Source: Candidatus Parcubacteria bacterium (GTDB taxonomy: Bacteria; Patescibacteriota; Patescibacteriia; UBA1558; GWA2-36-10). Taken from it: a stretch of DNA of 64,000 nucleotides. The translations under genes were made by a program, and so were the position numbers. The DNA lies in the NCBI GenBank assembly GCA_018664825.1, contig JABJNO010000006.1:15157-79156 (forward strand), in the 5' to 3' direction. The notes beneath the pieces are model-generated. The model ran no database searches and was not told the DNA's origin. It saw nothing but the letters and a program-made list of their open reading frames with translations. This document shows positions 63,768 to 64,000 of the stretch, piece after piece (within the stretch, counting starts at the first letter, position 1; every line of letters begins with the position of its first letter).

Positions 63768-64000
63768 CTCACACGGACAGATGATCTGTCACATTAAAGA
63801 CAAAGAACCTACTCTTCTCACTACTCTACAAGGAGCCTTCAACCAAGACGTTACGTCTTTTATAAGACATATTATTGAAGTTGATCAAAATATCTCTCTG
63901 GGTATCCCCCAAAGAAAATTCAAAGGCTTTGTTTTTGACCTCTCTGAGGTCACTGCCGTAGGTAGAGAGCTAGAAGTTTTTTTGGCAACCTTATCTCAAC
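63768..64000 (+). CDS. Hypothetical protein, 3'-partial (runs off window end), strong SD
   Basis: aaaggaggtgaaataATG. The ORF MSSYSHGQMICHIKDKEPTLL... stays open to the window end. Not in the track. Confidence 0.4.

Noticed and set aside
1-64000. Possibility of an alternative genetic code (UGA=Gly as in some CPR lineages)
   Set aside because: Long conserved genes (nrdJ 978 aa, the ABC exporter, korA, the 1234-aa ORF) are uninterrupted in the standard code.
1-64000. CRISPR arrays, rRNA genes, integrases and transposases
   Set aside because: No regularly spaced direct repeats were found. There are no rRNA-like conserved stretches and no recombinase or transposase motifs in any ORF examined.

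Overview
This window is mostly AT-rich (about 33-36% GC by eye), gene-dense bacterial DNA. Most genes have no Shine-Dalgarno (SD) sequence. On the minus strand almost every gene is followed by an intrinsic terminator that runs directly into an extended -10 promoter (TGnTATAAT). The gene content resembles a reduced-genome, possibly Patescibacteria/CPR-like organism, but the sequence alone cannot establish that. There is no translation apparatus. Recognisable backbone genes include 2-oxoacid:ferredoxin oxidoreductase (korAB) with a ferredoxin, rpiB-rpe, and an IscS/NifU-like cysteine desulfurase and scaffold. Also present are Fe/Mn superoxide dismutase, a 2-Cys peroxiredoxin, a patatin-like lipase, and a class II (B12-dependent) ribonucleotide reductase with a candidate NrdR-box pair. 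The set further includes cob(I)alamin adenosyltransferase, PilT, a pilin-like protein, Maf, a MazG-like protein, cytidine deaminase, a ZIP zinc transporter, CorA, an MsbA-like ABC exporter, a sensor histidine kinase and a beta-CASP metallo-beta-lactamase-fold nuclease. The standard genetic code appears to be used, since long conserved genes are intact ORFs. There are four tRNAs (His and Arg-TCT on the minus strand; Arg-TCG and Lys-CTT on the plus strand). Many large secreted or surface proteins share a thrombospondin-type-3-like (TSP3-like) Ca-binding motif. The accessory content is notable. There is a tight tandem array of five paralogous about-195-aa genes with LRR-like C-terminal repeats. 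There are several short GC-richer islands (45-60% GC) whose genes carry strong SD sequences and canonical -35/-10 promoters. One is the window start, encoding a flotillin C-terminal fragment plus a beta-carbonic-anhydrase-like protein. Several repeat families are present. One is a dispersed hairpin with a conserved 14-nt loop and covarying stems. Another is a repeated terminator-promoter cassette. A third is a GC-rich 5' leader shared by two unrelated genes. There is also a duplicated 83-aa gene upstream of two different metal-transporter genes. An extremely AT-rich segment encodes a divergent receiver-like and histidine-kinase-like pair. No CRISPR array, rRNA, integrase or transposase was recognised. 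All coordinates are hand-counted and may be off by 1-2 nt.
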